From contig JAZSDT010000043.1 of NCBI GenBank assembly GCA_045531285.1, positions 1-56,477 of the forward strand: a stretch of 56,477 nt of DNA. Direction: 5' to 3'. Positions 44,758-54,802 of the stretch are shown piece by piece; the first letter of the stretch is position 1, and every line of letters begins with the position of its first letter. This DNA comes from Eubacteriales bacterium (GTDB lineage Bacteria; Bacillota; Clostridia; Oscillospirales; SIG627). Position numbers and translations under genes: made by a program. The notes under the pieces are model-generated. The model was not told the DNA's origin, did no database searches, and saw only the letters and a program-made list of their open reading frames with translations.

Positions 44758-44833
44758 GAGCCCTCGCCGATTTGATTTGGTTGGCACGTATATAGATTTG
44801 GATAGGCGAGAATTGCCCGTGGCTGCTAGCCAC
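44758..44833 (-). repeat. intergenic structured repeat, copy 15
   Basis: GAGCCCTCGCCG...GGATAGGCGAGAATTGCCCGTGGCTGCTAGCCAC. The hairpin overlaps the last codons and the TAG stop of the ltaS-like gene. Confidence 0.85.
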
Positions 44834-46733
44834 CAAGACTGTATTTGTCGCCTACAGTTCTGTCGTAGGTGATTATCTTGTGAGCTTCAATAAGCTCCAG
44901 GAAAGGCACCTTGTTAATACTCCAAAGCCTTACGTTGTAGGCAGGATGTGCCTTAAAGTAGTCCTCAAGAAAATGCATATACTGCGTCCTGGGAGCATCT
45001 ATGAGAGTTGACAGAGCATTCATAAGGTTGTATGAGGCAATTTCGTTTCCATCGCCTTTTTTTAGCATATCACTGTCGTTGAGCTCAAAGTTTGCATACA
45101 CAAGGAAGGGCGTGGAGTAAAGATACTTGTTCATCTCGTGAGTCATACCGCTAAGCGTTATAGCTCCGCTTTGAGTATATGCACCGTAGTTCGCGCCAAG
45201 AGTTGGCAAGTGGTCTCCAAAATAAACCAGCACAGTCTCTTTTTCTCTGGAATCAATATAGTCAACCAGCTTTTTTAACGCCCGGTCCGCTTCGTAAATG
45301 CCTTGAGTGAAATTCCTTAGGTCGGCAAGTATGTTGGCATCAAGTGACGGGGAGGAAACCTCTACGTCAAAGCTGCTGAACTTGTTTGTGTACGGCTGAT
45401 GATTTTCCATACTTATACCAAGGACGAATGTGTCTTTAGTGCTTTGCTCCATATAGTATTTGATATAATCCACAAAGCTTGAATCGGATATCTGCTTACC
45501 CGAAATTGTCATGGGCACTTCTTTCAGAGGGTACATCGAATCTTCAAAGTACAGCTCGTCAATGCCAATAAGGGGATAGCCCTGCTTTCTGAGATAGAAG
45601 CTTGACGTGTAAGGGTGAATCGCCATGGTGCGATAGCCCAGGTCCTTGTACAGCGATACGTAACTTTCTGTTTTTTCGGTTACGTATTGCCAGGGCACAC
45701 TTCCGCTTGGAAGATAGTCAGTGGTTAGTCCGGTGAGTACCTCAAACTCAGGTCTGACAGTGCCACCGCCAAAGCCTGTGGTGTAGAATTTACCGCTGAT
45801 AGCTCCTTGTCGGGAGGCAATCTCTCTGAAGTTTGCCATAGGGTCAAGAGAAAATTCCACACCCGGTAACAGAGTGGGGTCCCAGAAGCTTTCGGAAAGA
45901 ATAAGAATAATATCGGGATTCTTAAAGTTATTGCCGGCAGGAGTGGTTTGGTAAAGGGAAAGAATATCGTTGACCGTCTTTTCCGAATAGTTTTCGGGTG
46001 TGGTAACTCCTGTGGACAGTATATTTACCGTAAAAGCACCTATAAAACCGTTGGCAGAATAGTTGGAGGTCTGCAACGCCATATCCTCAAAATAAAGAGA
46101 GTTTTTGTTAAGAACCTGATTTGCTTTTTCGGGCGTGTTTACTGCGTGTGAGCAGCCGAACACAATCATAATTATAAATGGCAAACGCATAAGGAAATTC
46201 AGCGGAAGCTCAACGTTTGATATTAACATCACCAATACCAAAAATGTCGCGCCTATATATAGCACGATTCCCCACCACGGGAAAGGAATCGTCAGAAAGC
46301 TTGACAGCTCTCCGAGATTTCCCAGCTGTTGCGCAATGTCCCACGGATACAGATAGTCGCCCACCTGTGCAAACTTGTAATAATTGGACATGGATATCAT
46401 TACTGTTGCAATTCCCAGAATTCCGCTTGCAATAAAACCTTTTTTAAATATGAGCAATAACAGGGCATACATAAGATATATCAGCGTAATGCCGAAAATC
46501 ACGGCAGCCTGTCTGTTTTGTAAAAAGGCAAAGAATTTTGTTATGCTGGAATAATGGACAAATTCGGCTGTAAGATAGCAGTAAAGAGGGAAGACCGCCA
46601 TTGACAAAAAGCCTATGATTCTGACAAAACACAGCAGCTTTCCTTTAAACAGCCTGTTGGACGGTTGTTTAGTAAAAATGCGTTTTAAAACCTCTTTTAA
46701 GGGGTCAAAAAACGCCTGGATGTTTTCTTTCAT
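44826..46733 (-). CDS. LTA-synthase-family sulfatase-domain membrane protein
   Basis: N-terminal polytopic region plus an extracellular sulfatase domain (ILILSESFWDP). ATG 46733 is preferred over the upstream TTG 46781. Confidence 0.8.
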   Translation of the reverse strand: MKENIQAFFDPLKEVLKRIFTKQPSNRLFKGKLLCFVRIIGFLSMAVFPLYCYLTAEFVHYSSITKFFAFLQNRQAAVIFGITLIYLMYALLLLIFKKGFIASGILGIATVMISMSNYYKFAQVGDYLYPWDIAQQLGNLGELSSFLTIPFPWWGIVLYIGATFLVLVMLISNVELPLNFLMRLPFIIMIVFGCSHAVNTPEKANQVLNKNSLYFEDMALQTSNYSANGFIGAFTVNILSTGVTTPENYSEKTVNDILSLYQTTPAGNNFKNPDIILILSESFWDPTLLPGVEFSLDPMANFREIASRQGAISGKFYTTGFGGGTVRPEFEVLTGLTTDYLPSGSVPWQYVTEKTESYVSLYKDLGYRTMAIHPYTSSFYLRKQGYPLIGIDELYFEDSMYPLKEVPMTISGKQISDSSFVDYIKYYMEQSTKDTFVLGISMENHQPYTNKFSSFDVEVSSPSLDANILADLRNFTQGIYEADRALKKLVDYIDSREKETVLVYFGDHLPTLGANYGAYTQSGAITLSGMTHEMNKYLYSTPFLVYANFELNDSDMLKKGDGNEIASYNLMNALSTLIDAPRTQYMHFLEDYFKAHPAYNVRLWSINKVPFLELIEAHKIITYDRTVGDKYSLGG

Positions 46734-46795
46734 AATATAATCTTTCTTTTGGGGGAAGCCTTTGGAAAAAGCATCCCCCAAAATTCTATCTCAAA

Positions 46796-48304
46796 TTACT
46801 TAATGACCTTGCTGGAGCTTTCCTTAAGAATAACGTCGTGAGCACCGCCCTCGATGATACTTGTGGAGGAAACCAGAGTGAGCTTTGCATTCTTCTGGAA
46901 TTCGGGAATAGAAAGGCTTCCGCAGTTACACATGGTTGACTTAACCTTGTTAAGAGTCATTGTAACGTTATCCTTGAGAGAGCCTGCATAGGGAACGTAG
47001 GAGTCAACGCCTTCCTCGAAGGAAAGCTTCTTGTCTCCGCCCATATCGTATCTCTGCCAGTTTCTTGCTCTGTTAGAGCCTTCACCCCAGTATTCCTTAA
47101 CGTAGCTGCCGTTGATGTTAAGCTTGTTTGTGGGGCTTTCGTCGAATCTTGCAAAGTATCTGCCAAGCATAACAAAGTCAGAACCCATAGCAAGAGCAAG
47201 GGTAATGTGATGGTCGTAAACTATACCGCCGTCGGAACAGATGGGAATATAGATACCTGTTTTTTCGTAGTATTCGTCTCTTGCGGCTGCAACCTCGATT
47301 ACCGCTGTAGCCTGTCCGCGTCCGATACCCTTCTGCTCTCTTGTAATACAGATAGAGCCACCGCCGATACCTACCTTAATGAAGTCTGCGCCTGCTTCTG
47401 CAAGGAACATAAAGCCGTCGCGGTCAACTACGTTTCCTGCGCCTACCTTTACTGTGTCGCCGTACTTTTCACGGATAAACGCAATTGTTCTCGATTGCCA
47501 TTCGGTAAAGCCCTCGGAGGAGTCGATACAGAGCACATCTGCACCTGCCTCAAGAAGTGCGGGAACTCTCTCTGCGTAGTCACGGGTATTGATACCTGCG
47601 CCTACCATGTAACGCTTGTTGGAGTCGATAAGCTCAAGAGAGTTCTCCTTATGTGTTGAATAGTCCTTGCGGAATACCATGTAAAGAAGCTTGCCGTCAT
47701 CGTCTATGATAGGAAGGGAGTTGAGCTTGTTATCCCATATAATGTCGTTGGCTGTCTTGAGGGTTGTGTCCTTGCCTGCTGTGATAAGCTTATCAAAGGG
47801 AGTCATAAACTCGGATACCTTTGTAGAAAAGTCCATTCTTGAAACTCTGTAATCTCTGCCTGTTACGATACCGAGAAGCTTGCCGTTTGCCGTGCCGTCA
47901 TCGGTAACTGCGATTGTGGAGTGTCCTGTCTTTGCTGTCAGTTCAACAACCTCCGCAAGTGTATCGTCGGGCTTGATGTTGGAGTCGCTTACAACAAAGC
48001 CTGCCTTGTAGTTCTTTACTCTTGCTACCATTGCCGCCTGGTCCTCAATTGTCTGTGAACCGTAGATGAAAGAAATTCCACCCTCCTTGGCAAGAGCGAT
48101 AGCCAACTTGTCATCGGATACCGCCTGCATGATAGCAGAGGTCATGGGAACGTTCAGGCTGATGGCAGGCTCTTCGCCTTTTTTGAATTTTACAAGGGGA
48201 GTCTTCAAGGAAACCTTGGATGCAATGCATTCAGCACTGGAGTATCCGGGAACAAGAAGGTATTCGTTAAATGTGTGTGAGCATTCGTTAAAATAGTAAG
48301 CCAT
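46796..48304 (-). CDS. guaB: IMP dehydrogenase
   Basis: CBS pair, the [11 protein letters not shown] catalytic Cys loop, and the [23 protein letters not shown] motif. 502 aa. Confidence 0.85.
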   Translation of the reverse strand: MAYYFNECSHTFNEYLLVPGYSSAECIASKVSLKTPLVKFKKGEEPAISLNVPMTSAIMQAVSDDKLAIALAKEGGISFIYGSQTIEDQAAMVARVKNYKAGFVVSDSNIKPDDTLAEVVELTAKTGHSTIAVTDDGTANGKLLGIVTGRDYRVSRMDFSTKVSEFMTPFDKLITAGKDTTLKTANDIIWDNKLNSLPIIDDDGKLLYMVFRKDYSTHKENSLELIDSNKRYMVGAGINTRDYAERVPALLEAGADVLCIDSSEGFTEWQSRTIAFIREKYGDTVKVGAGNVVDRDGFMFLAEAGADFIKVGIGGGSICITREQKGIGRGQATAVIEVAAARDEYYEKTGIYIPICSDGGIVYDHHITLALAMGSDFVMLGRYFARFDESPTNKLNINGSYVKEYWGEGSNRARNWQRYDMGGDKKLSFEEGVDSYVPYAGSLKDNVTMTLNKVKSTMCNCGSLSIPEFQKNAKLTLVSSTSIIEGGAHDVILKESSSKVIK

Positions 48305-48359
48305 GTTTATTTCTCCTTTGGTTTTGTTTGTATTGTAAGATTTTTGTTTTCAGTTTTTA

Positions 48360-49670
48360 TTATAGTGCTTCTTCAGTGTCGTCGGGAGCACCGTCGGACA
48401 GTGCAAAGTACGTATCGGCACTTTCGCGAGGCATTTCGGTTATGTTTTTGAGCTTTCTGTTTATCTGTCTGGTCCTTGTACCGATAAGCTTTTCAAGCTC
48501 GTCGGAGGTTTGGGTAAGCTTCTTTTGAGTGGCGTTCAATACGCTTTCAAAGGTGCCGAATTCAGTCTTGACCGCAGAAAGTATATCCCATACCTCGCTT
48601 GACCTTTTTTGCATTGCAAGAGTCCTGAAGCCCATTTGAAGACTGTTGAGCAATGCCGCCATTGTGGTGGGACCTGCTACCGTAACCTTGTATTTTTCGT
48701 TAAGTATTTCTACCATCCCCAGCTTTACTACCTCGGCATAAAGCCCTTCTGTGGGAAGGAACATTATGGCGAATTCTGTTGTTGCGGGAGGAGAAACGTA
48801 TTTTTTGTGTATGTCGTCTGCAAATTTCTTGATTCGTGTAACCAGAACGTTTTTAGCAGATGCAACGGCTTCCGCATCACCTGACTCATACGCCTCGTTG
48901 AGAGCGTTGTAAGCATCCAACGGGAACTTGGAGTCTATGGGAAGGTATACGTGAGAGTCGTCGGTACTTCCGGGAAGCTTTATGGCAAATTCCACAGGGT
49001 CTCTTGAGCCTTCAACAGTCACAACGTTGGTTGCATACTGCTCGGGAGAGAGCATATCCTCAAGTATTGCGCCCAGCTGTATTTCTCCCAGAATACCTCT
49101 CGTCTTTACGTTGGACAGGGTTTTCTTAAGGTCACCTACGCTTGTAGCAATGGTCTGCATCTCGCCAAGTCCCTTGTAGACCTGCTCTAATCGATCGTTG
49201 ACCTCCTTGAAGCTTTGGCTTATTCGCTCGTTGAGTGTTGTTTGCAGCTTCTCGTCTACAACGTTTCTCATTTCATCCAGCTTCTTGGCGTTGGAGTCCT
49301 CCATTGCCTTTACTCTGGTTTCAAGGGTTGTTTTTATTTCTCCCAGCCTTTCGGAATACAGCTCCAAGGTGGAATTTATATGACGCTCGTTGGTTTTCAA
49401 CAGCTCGATAAGCTCGTTTCTGAATTGAGTCTCTCTGTCGGAGGATGCCTTCAACTCGGTTTTTATAACAGTTGACTGAAGCTCTGCCGAGGTTTTCAGG
49501 CTTTCTGAGAGTGTACCAACGGTTGATGACATTCCCGACATCAGCTCCATACGGTTGTTTCTCAACTCTTCGGAGACGTCCTGTTTTTCTTCTTTTTTAA
49601 ACGACCTTGCAAGAAGCAGGACAAGTAATATCAGATTGAGCACTGCGATTATTAAAAGTAAGGTTTCCAT
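48360..49670 (-). CDS. rmuC: DNA recombination protein RmuC
   Basis: N-terminal TM segment, a long coiled coil, and a C-terminal RmuC nuclease-like region (FAIMFLPTEGLYAE). Confidence 0.85.
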   Translation of the reverse strand: METLLLIIAVLNLILLVLLLARSFKKEEKQDVSEELRNNRMELMSGMSSTVGTLSESLKTSAELQSTVIKTELKASSDRETQFRNELIELLKTNERHINSTLELYSERLGEIKTTLETRVKAMEDSNAKKLDEMRNVVDEKLQTTLNERISQSFKEVNDRLEQVYKGLGEMQTIATSVGDLKKTLSNVKTRGILGEIQLGAILEDMLSPEQYATNVVTVEGSRDPVEFAIKLPGSTDDSHVYLPIDSKFPLDAYNALNEAYESGDAEAVASAKNVLVTRIKKFADDIHKKYVSPPATTEFAIMFLPTEGLYAEVVKLGMVEILNEKYKVTVAGPTTMAALLNSLQMGFRTLAMQKRSSEVWDILSAVKTEFGTFESVLNATQKKLTQTSDELEKLIGTRTRQINRKLKNITEMPRESADTYFALSDGAPDDTEEAL

Positions 49671-51007
49671 TATTCACCCTTTTCCGCTTCGGCACGGGCA
49701 ATGTTATTAATATGCTCTGCCTCGGTCTTTGCAAAGTAGTGATATCCGTTGGGCTTGGCAACCATATAATAGTAGGTGTGATTTATACCGCTTGAATCTG
49801 CGCCATTGGGGTAGAGTGCGGCAATAATGGCGTCAAGACTGGGGTTACAGATAGCCGACGGAGGCAATCCGTCATGGGAGTAGGTGCTGTAAGGACTGCT
49901 GCTTGCTTTCATTTCATCCAGAGTCAGCGAATCGCGTCTGTCAGGATAGATATACAGATAGGTGGAGTCGCACTGCAGTCTGGGGAATGACGAAGGATTG
50001 GCAAGTCTGTTATGATACAAGGAGGAAACAACAGGGTATTCACTGCTGTACTTGGTTTCCTTCTGGACGATTGCGGCGAGATTTATTACCTCGTCAACCG
50101 ACATATTCAGCTCTTGACAGCGTGCGTAGTACTCTTTTTCAAATCTTATATTAAAGGTTTTCAAAAGCTTTGCTATTGCATCTATCTCGGATGAATCCGT
50201 GTAGAACTGATAGGTGTCGGGATAGAGATATCCCTCAAGTGCATATTTTCTGCCGTCCTTGAAGCCTGCCTTTTCAAGCTCCTGAAGGTCGGTGAGGAAC
50301 TGATATTTCATATCGTATATAAGAGAGCTCTTTATTGCTTCCACAAAGCCTTCCCTTGTGCCTACTCCGTTTTCCACAAACAGCTCGATCATCTCATCGG
50401 CTGTAAGTCCCTCGGGGAAGGTAATGTCCACAACTCCTCTGACGGGAGCGGACTTTTCAAATTTGGCTATCAGCTCATCATAGTTAAGATTCGCTTCAAA
50501 CACGTAGGTGTCGGGAACAAACTCCTGTTCGGTCTTGGAATCTCTGTTTTTGAAGGAGTTATAAAGCTTGAACAGTGACGGATACTTTATTACACCCTTA
50601 TCGTGAAGCATGGACGCTATTTCCTTGATTCCGTCATCCTCGGTCAAAACGATTTCCACCGTGTCGTCATCCTTGACAAAGGCGAAAATGTCATTGCCAA
50701 TCGTTATTACGTAGTATGCCAGAATGATTGATACGGCAATAACGAAAACGAAGTAAAGCAGACCCTTTCCAAGCATTTCAAATATACTTTTAGTCATAGG
50801 CTCATCCTCCTCAAGTGCAGGTGTGTCATCGTACATAGGCTCGGTCTGACGAGGCGGCTTCTGAGGTTTTATATCCAATTGGCCCGTGGGGATATCGGTA
50901 CGGGTCTTATTATTTTCTTCTTTTATGTCTCTTTTGGCACGGCTGTATTTTTGCACGCCGCCGGAGTTATCTTTCTTTTTTTCGGGGAGATTGGTATTGT
51001 TTTCCAT
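49670..51007 (-). CDS. mltG: endolytic murein transglycosylase MltG (YceG-like)
   Basis: Disordered N-terminus, a single TM segment, and a YceG domain (LAAIVQKET...PSAICNPSLDAI). Confidence 0.85.
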   Translation of the reverse strand: MENNTNLPEKKKDNSGGVQKYSRAKRDIKEENNKTRTDIPTGQLDIKPQKPPRQTEPMYDDTPALEEDEPMTKSIFEMLGKGLLYFVFVIAVSIILAYYVITIGNDIFAFVKDDDTVEIVLTEDDGIKEIASMLHDKGVIKYPSLFKLYNSFKNRDSKTEQEFVPDTYVFEANLNYDELIAKFEKSAPVRGVVDITFPEGLTADEMIELFVENGVGTREGFVEAIKSSLIYDMKYQFLTDLQELEKAGFKDGRKYALEGYLYPDTYQFYTDSSEIDAIAKLLKTFNIRFEKEYYARCQELNMSVDEVINLAAIVQKETKYSSEYPVVSSLYHNRLANPSSFPRLQCDSTYLYIYPDRRDSLTLDEMKASSSPYSTYSHDGLPPSAICNPSLDAIIAALYPNGADSSGINHTYYYMVAKPNGYHYFAKTEAEHINNIARAEAEKGE

Positions 51008-51019
51008 CTGATTCTCCTT

Positions 51020-51964
51020 TTATATTATATCGAAGGTTATAAGTACAAACACAAGTACACTCAAAAAGAACGTGGGTGACAGGAATATTCCTACAGTCTT
51101 GCCAAGCTGCTTTTCCTCGCTGTCAAGCTTGCCTGCCTTTGCCAATCCGCTTAACGTCTGACGGCGGGAACCGGGAAGCTCTCCCAAATCATAGAGTATA
51201 CTTCTTTTTTCGTATATATTCTCCATGGTTGAGAGCATCATGGTAAAGGATGCCATAAAGGCGATGACCAGAATAAATACCAGAATTACCGAGGAAGAGG
51301 ATTCCTTGAGAAACTCCGCCATTCCTTTTCCTAAAAATACCACCAAAGCATTATTGATAAGATGAACCGTCATGGCGGGGAAGGATGACTGTGTGACGTA
51401 AGTCATGGTAGCCAGTATTATTCCGAGTATAAAATACATTGGGAACTGAATAAAAGAAAAATGAAGCATAGCAAAAAACAGTGCCGATGTTACAATTGCC
51501 AAAGGGCCTTTGAATTCACTGTAGTCGCTGAGAAGGATGCTTCTGAAGAACAGCTCCTCGGACACGGCGGGAACGATTACGTATGCAAGCGCAATGCCGA
51601 AGGGCTCTGTGGCACCCACTGCTGCAATAAGGGTATCCTCACCCGAAAAAGACAGCAGGTTGTATTCTATATATAAAAGTATTATTGCCGACAAAAAGTA
51701 AGTGAAAGCAGAAGCGGCAACAAAAGGTATGCTTGAAACAGGCACACGCGTAACCTTTGCGTGCTTCAAAAAGTCAATGCCGCGTATTTTACAGTAAAAA
51801 GCTGCCGGGAGTGCAAATATAAACAGCTGAACGGCGCTTATTGACAAAAGTAAATTGCTGTCGGTATCAACGGTTAAGCGCAAAAGCTTTTCGGACAGCG
51901 GTATCAAAAAGAGAATGACCGATACGAAAAGCGGTGCTGTAATAACGTTCTTTTTATCTTTCAC
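51020..51964 (-). CDS. CPBP-family intramembrane glutamic endopeptidase
   Basis: EELFFRS, FAMLHF and HLINN motifs in a polytopic protein. Confidence 0.8.
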   Translation of the reverse strand: MKDKKNVITAPLFVSVILFLIPLSEKLLRLTVDTDSNLLLSISAVQLFIFALPAAFYCKIRGIDFLKHAKVTRVPVSSIPFVAASAFTYFLSAIILLYIEYNLLSFSGEDTLIAAVGATEPFGIALAYVIVPAVSEELFFRSILLSDYSEFKGPLAIVTSALFFAMLHFSFIQFPMYFILGIILATMTYVTQSSFPAMTVHLINNALVVFLGKGMAEFLKESSSSVILVFILVIAFMASFTMMLSTMENIYEKRSILYDLGELPGSRRQTLSGLAKAGKLDSEEKQLGKTVGIFLSPTFFLSVLVFVLITFDII

Positions 51965-52535
51965 CCGTATTGAACACTCCCTTCTGAGTAATTACAAGGT
52001 CGCAGGCAATATCAAAGCGGCCTCTGGGAAGGGAGTCTACAAAAAGCTCGTGGTACGCAAAGCCCACCTTTACAATCGACGGGTCGGTAAGAAATCTGTC
52101 ATAGTAGCCTTTTCCGTAACCCAGACGGTAACCCTTTTTATCAAATGCAATTGCAGGTATAACGCAGATCGCATGGCGCGAAGAGATAAACTCTTCACAG
52201 CTGTCATTAGGCTCCGGGGCAGAGAAAAATCCCTTTGTAAGCTGAGATATATCGGTCAGGTATCTGAATACCATTTCGCCGTTATCACGGCAAACCGGGA
52301 GGGCAACCTTTTTGTCAGATGCTATCAGAGTGGCAATCAGCTCGGTGGTATCTACCTCTTGGTTTATAGAATGGTAAAGAAGAACCGTGTCCGCGTGGGC
52401 ATATGACATAGTGCCCAGAAAATTGTTACATATGGCTCTGGATTTTTCAAGTCTGTCGGGCAAGGATTGTCTTATGGCAGCGTACTTGTGCCTGAGTGCT
52501 CTTTTTTCGTCCCTTACTGTTAATTTCCTGAACAT
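51954..52535 (-). CDS. 5-formyltetrahydrofolate cyclo-ligase
   Basis: 193 aa. The GYRLGYGKGYYDRF motif is characteristic of the family. Confidence 0.8.
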   Translation of the reverse strand: MFRKLTVRDEKRALRHKYAAIRQSLPDRLEKSRAICNNFLGTMSYAHADTVLLYHSINQEVDTTELIATLIASDKKVALPVCRDNGEMVFRYLTDISQLTKGFFSAPEPNDSCEEFISSRHAICVIPAIAFDKKGYRLGYGKGYYDRFLTDPSIVKVGFAYHELFVDSLPRGRFDIACDLVITQKGVFNTGER

Positions 52536-52551
52536 TTTTTCTCCTAAAAAA

Positions 52552-53097
52552 CTAATATACCATTGCTATCCTTAGGTTGTCGGAATCGTTTTTAGACAAA
52601 AGCTTGTCTACGAGAGTGAAGGCGAATTCTCCGCTTGTTCCCGCTCCCATAGAGGTGATAAAGCGCTTGTCACATACCACCTTATCGTTTCTGTATTTTA
52701 CCTTGCAATCAAGCAAAACCGATGCAAGACTTGGGTAACAGGTGGCTTTGAGTCCTGTGAGCAGTCCCATCTTGGCAAGTATTGTGGGTGCGGCACATAT
52801 AGCGGCAACGTAAAGGCCTCGCTGGGTTGCCGACAAAATTATCTGTCTTACCTGTTGGCTTTCCTCAAGGTTTTTCGTTCCCTCGCTTCCGCCGGGAAGT
52901 ATTATCATTTCGGCACACTCTTCGTCATAGTCCGAAAGCATAAGGTCTGCCTTTACTTCTATTCCGTGTGCTCCCATAACCGTCAAAGAGTCACCGATGC
53001 TCACCGTCTTTACCTCTACCCCCGCACGTCTGAGCACGTCAACGGGTGTGAGCGCTTCAATTTCTTCAAATCCCTTTGCTAAAAAAAGATATACCAT
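52552..53097 (-). CDS. DJ-1/PfpI-family protein
   Basis: FEEIEALTPVDVLRRAG, and the AAICAAP nucleophile elbow Cys. Confidence 0.85.
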   Translation of the reverse strand: MVYLFLAKGFEEIEALTPVDVLRRAGVEVKTVSIGDSLTVMGAHGIEVKADLMLSDYDEECAEMIILPGGSEGTKNLEESQQVRQIILSATQRGLYVAAICAAPTILAKMGLLTGLKATCYPSLASVLLDCKVKYRNDKVVCDKRFITSMGAGTSGEFAFTLVDKLLSKNDSDNLRIAMVY

Positions 53098-53110
53098 TAT
53101 TCTTCTCCTT

Positions 53111-53815
53111 TCAGAAGGTGACTATACTGTTACCTATTTTGTAGATAGGCTCGTTCTTGATGTAATTCACAAGGTCGAAGGAATCACGCGGCAGCTCTCT
53201 TGTCAGCAATGCCGACAAAGCGCCCTGTCCGGTATGATGAAAATCCGTTCCGCAGATAAACGTCCCCTTTATTTCTTCGGCATACTTTGCCGCAAAGCCG
53301 ATTCTTGAATTGTGGTTGGGGTGAAGATTGTACACCTCTATTCCGTCAAGAAGCTCGGCTGGCATAAGCTTCATTCCGGTTCTGAACGGATGAGCCTGTA
53401 AAATCAAATTTTTATCGTTTTTTGCAACAGATACAAAGTCGCTGAGAGTTTTCATTTTCTGAGATATGGCGTTTCTGATAAAATCCTCGTCTATTCCGTA
53501 AACAAGGTAATCGTTTTCGTTTTCCTCAAAGCGTATTTCCATTCCCAGATAAACCTTGATTCCGTGTGCATCTCCCTTTTCGCACAGTGAATAGTACTCA
53601 TTGATATAGTTGTCAACGTATTTCTTGTAGGTGAGCTTAGATGGCTGCCAGGGATAGAAATGGTTTGTGACAGCCAGTCCCGAATAACCTTCGAATTTGT
53701 AGGTGGTTATCATTTCGGATGCCGATATCTGAGAGCATTTGCTCACGTTGGCAGTGTGGCAGTGCAGTTCAATTTTGTGAGGGTATTCTTTTATAATGTC
53801 CTTGTAAAAATTCAT
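53111..53815 (-). CDS. PHP-domain phosphoesterase
   Basis: IELHCHT N-terminal His motif, then NH, QAHPF and GTDFHH metal ligand motifs. Confidence 0.7.
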   Translation of the reverse strand: MNFYKDIIKEYPHKIELHCHTANVSKCSQISASEMITTYKFEGYSGLAVTNHFYPWQPSKLTYKKYVDNYINEYYSLCEKGDAHGIKVYLGMEIRFEENENDYLVYGIDEDFIRNAISQKMKTLSDFVSVAKNDKNLILQAHPFRTGMKLMPAELLDGIEVYNLHPNHNSRIGFAAKYAEEIKGTFICGTDFHHTGQGALSALLTRELPRDSFDLVNYIKNEPIYKIGNSIVTF

Positions 53816-53827
53816 TTGATTTTCCTT

Positions 53828-54589
53828 TTAGTTCAACAAATAGCTTAATTGCGGTTTTTGCTTTTCTGCAAGCTCGGGGTCAATTTTATCTGTCAGGTCA
53901 AGCAGCAATGCGCTTCTTTCGTAGTGCACCTGTTCCACAGGAGGAGATTCTCCGTTGGGACTCAGGGTCTCGTACAGCACGTATCCCTTGGGTGAGGGGG
54001 CAAACGCCAGATACGTGTCACCGTTTAAAAAGAACTTGTGCTCTTTTCTGCTTTCTTTAAACTGTACTTGTGTTTCGAGAAGCGAGATTCCCGTACGGGT
54101 ATGCTTGTGTATTTCTTTTTTGGCAAGCCATACGGAATCAATATCGGTTACTTCTGTTATATCCTGAGTCAGCAGCTTATATTCAAAGCGCTTGAACGAG
54201 ACGGTATATCCCATATCTTTGTAAAGGCTGAACAGCCCTTCGTTTGCCGGGATAACCACGACGGCTTCGTATTTTTTTGCTCTCAGCTCTTCGATAAGCT
54301 TGCTGTGAAGCGTTCTGAAATGCCCCTGTCTGCGTTCGCTGAGCTTTGTGGCAACACCGTACAGGTAGGCGCATTTTATTCTTTTTCCGAAGTACTTCAG
54401 ATTCACGTCCATATAGTAGAGCATACTTACCAGCTCCTTGTCTTCAAAGGCAAGAAACGCTCGGCTGGGTCTGTAAAAGCTTGCGAAAAACGTGTCGATA
54501 AATTCATCGCTGTCTTTGAACACTTCGCGCCACAGCTCTTTCATTTGTGCTATTCTTTTTTTAGAGCCATGCTTTACCGTAACGGGCAT
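53828..54589 (-). CDS. GNAT-family N-acetyltransferase
   Basis: The start was moved to ATG 54589 (AAGGAG RBS 8 nt upstream). VATKLSERRQGHFRTL is an acetyl-CoA motif-A-like segment. Confidence 0.65.
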   Translation of the reverse strand: MPVTVKHGSKKRIAQMKELWREVFKDSDEFIDTFFASFYRPSRAFLAFEDKELVSMLYYMDVNLKYFGKRIKCAYLYGVATKLSERRQGHFRTLHSKLIEELRAKKYEAVVVIPANEGLFSLYKDMGYTVSFKRFEYKLLTQDITEVTDIDSVWLAKKEIHKHTRTGISLLETQVQFKESRKEHKFFLNGDTYLAFAPSPKGYVLYETLSPNGESPPVEQVHYERSALLLDLTDKIDPELAEKQKPQLSYLLN

Positions 54590-54773
54590 AAAAAGCACTC
54601 CTTTCCGCAAAAACTATACAAAACCCCATATTAAATATATAATCATACATATTATATACTTTTTGTCCTTAGGTGTCAATTGGTATAAGCGTATTTTTTG
54701 AAACTTTTTGGATAATATGTCACCTGTTATTCATAATAGCATAAAATATTTTTTGAAAACTTTTTCAAAACTA

Positions 54774-54802
54774 TTGACAAAACCTTTTTTATAGTGTATA
54801 AT
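54774..54802 (+). promoter_or_regulatory. sigma-A promoter of rplJL
   Basis: TTGACA (54774-54779), 17-nt spacer, TATAAT (54797-54802). Both hexamers match the consensus. Confidence 0.8.

Noticed and set aside
48305-48359. A purine riboswitch or promoter upstream of guaB
   Set aside because: The gap is only 55 nt and lacks the conserved purine-riboswitch junction motifs. guaB is more likely co-transcribed with rmuC or driven from within its 3' end.
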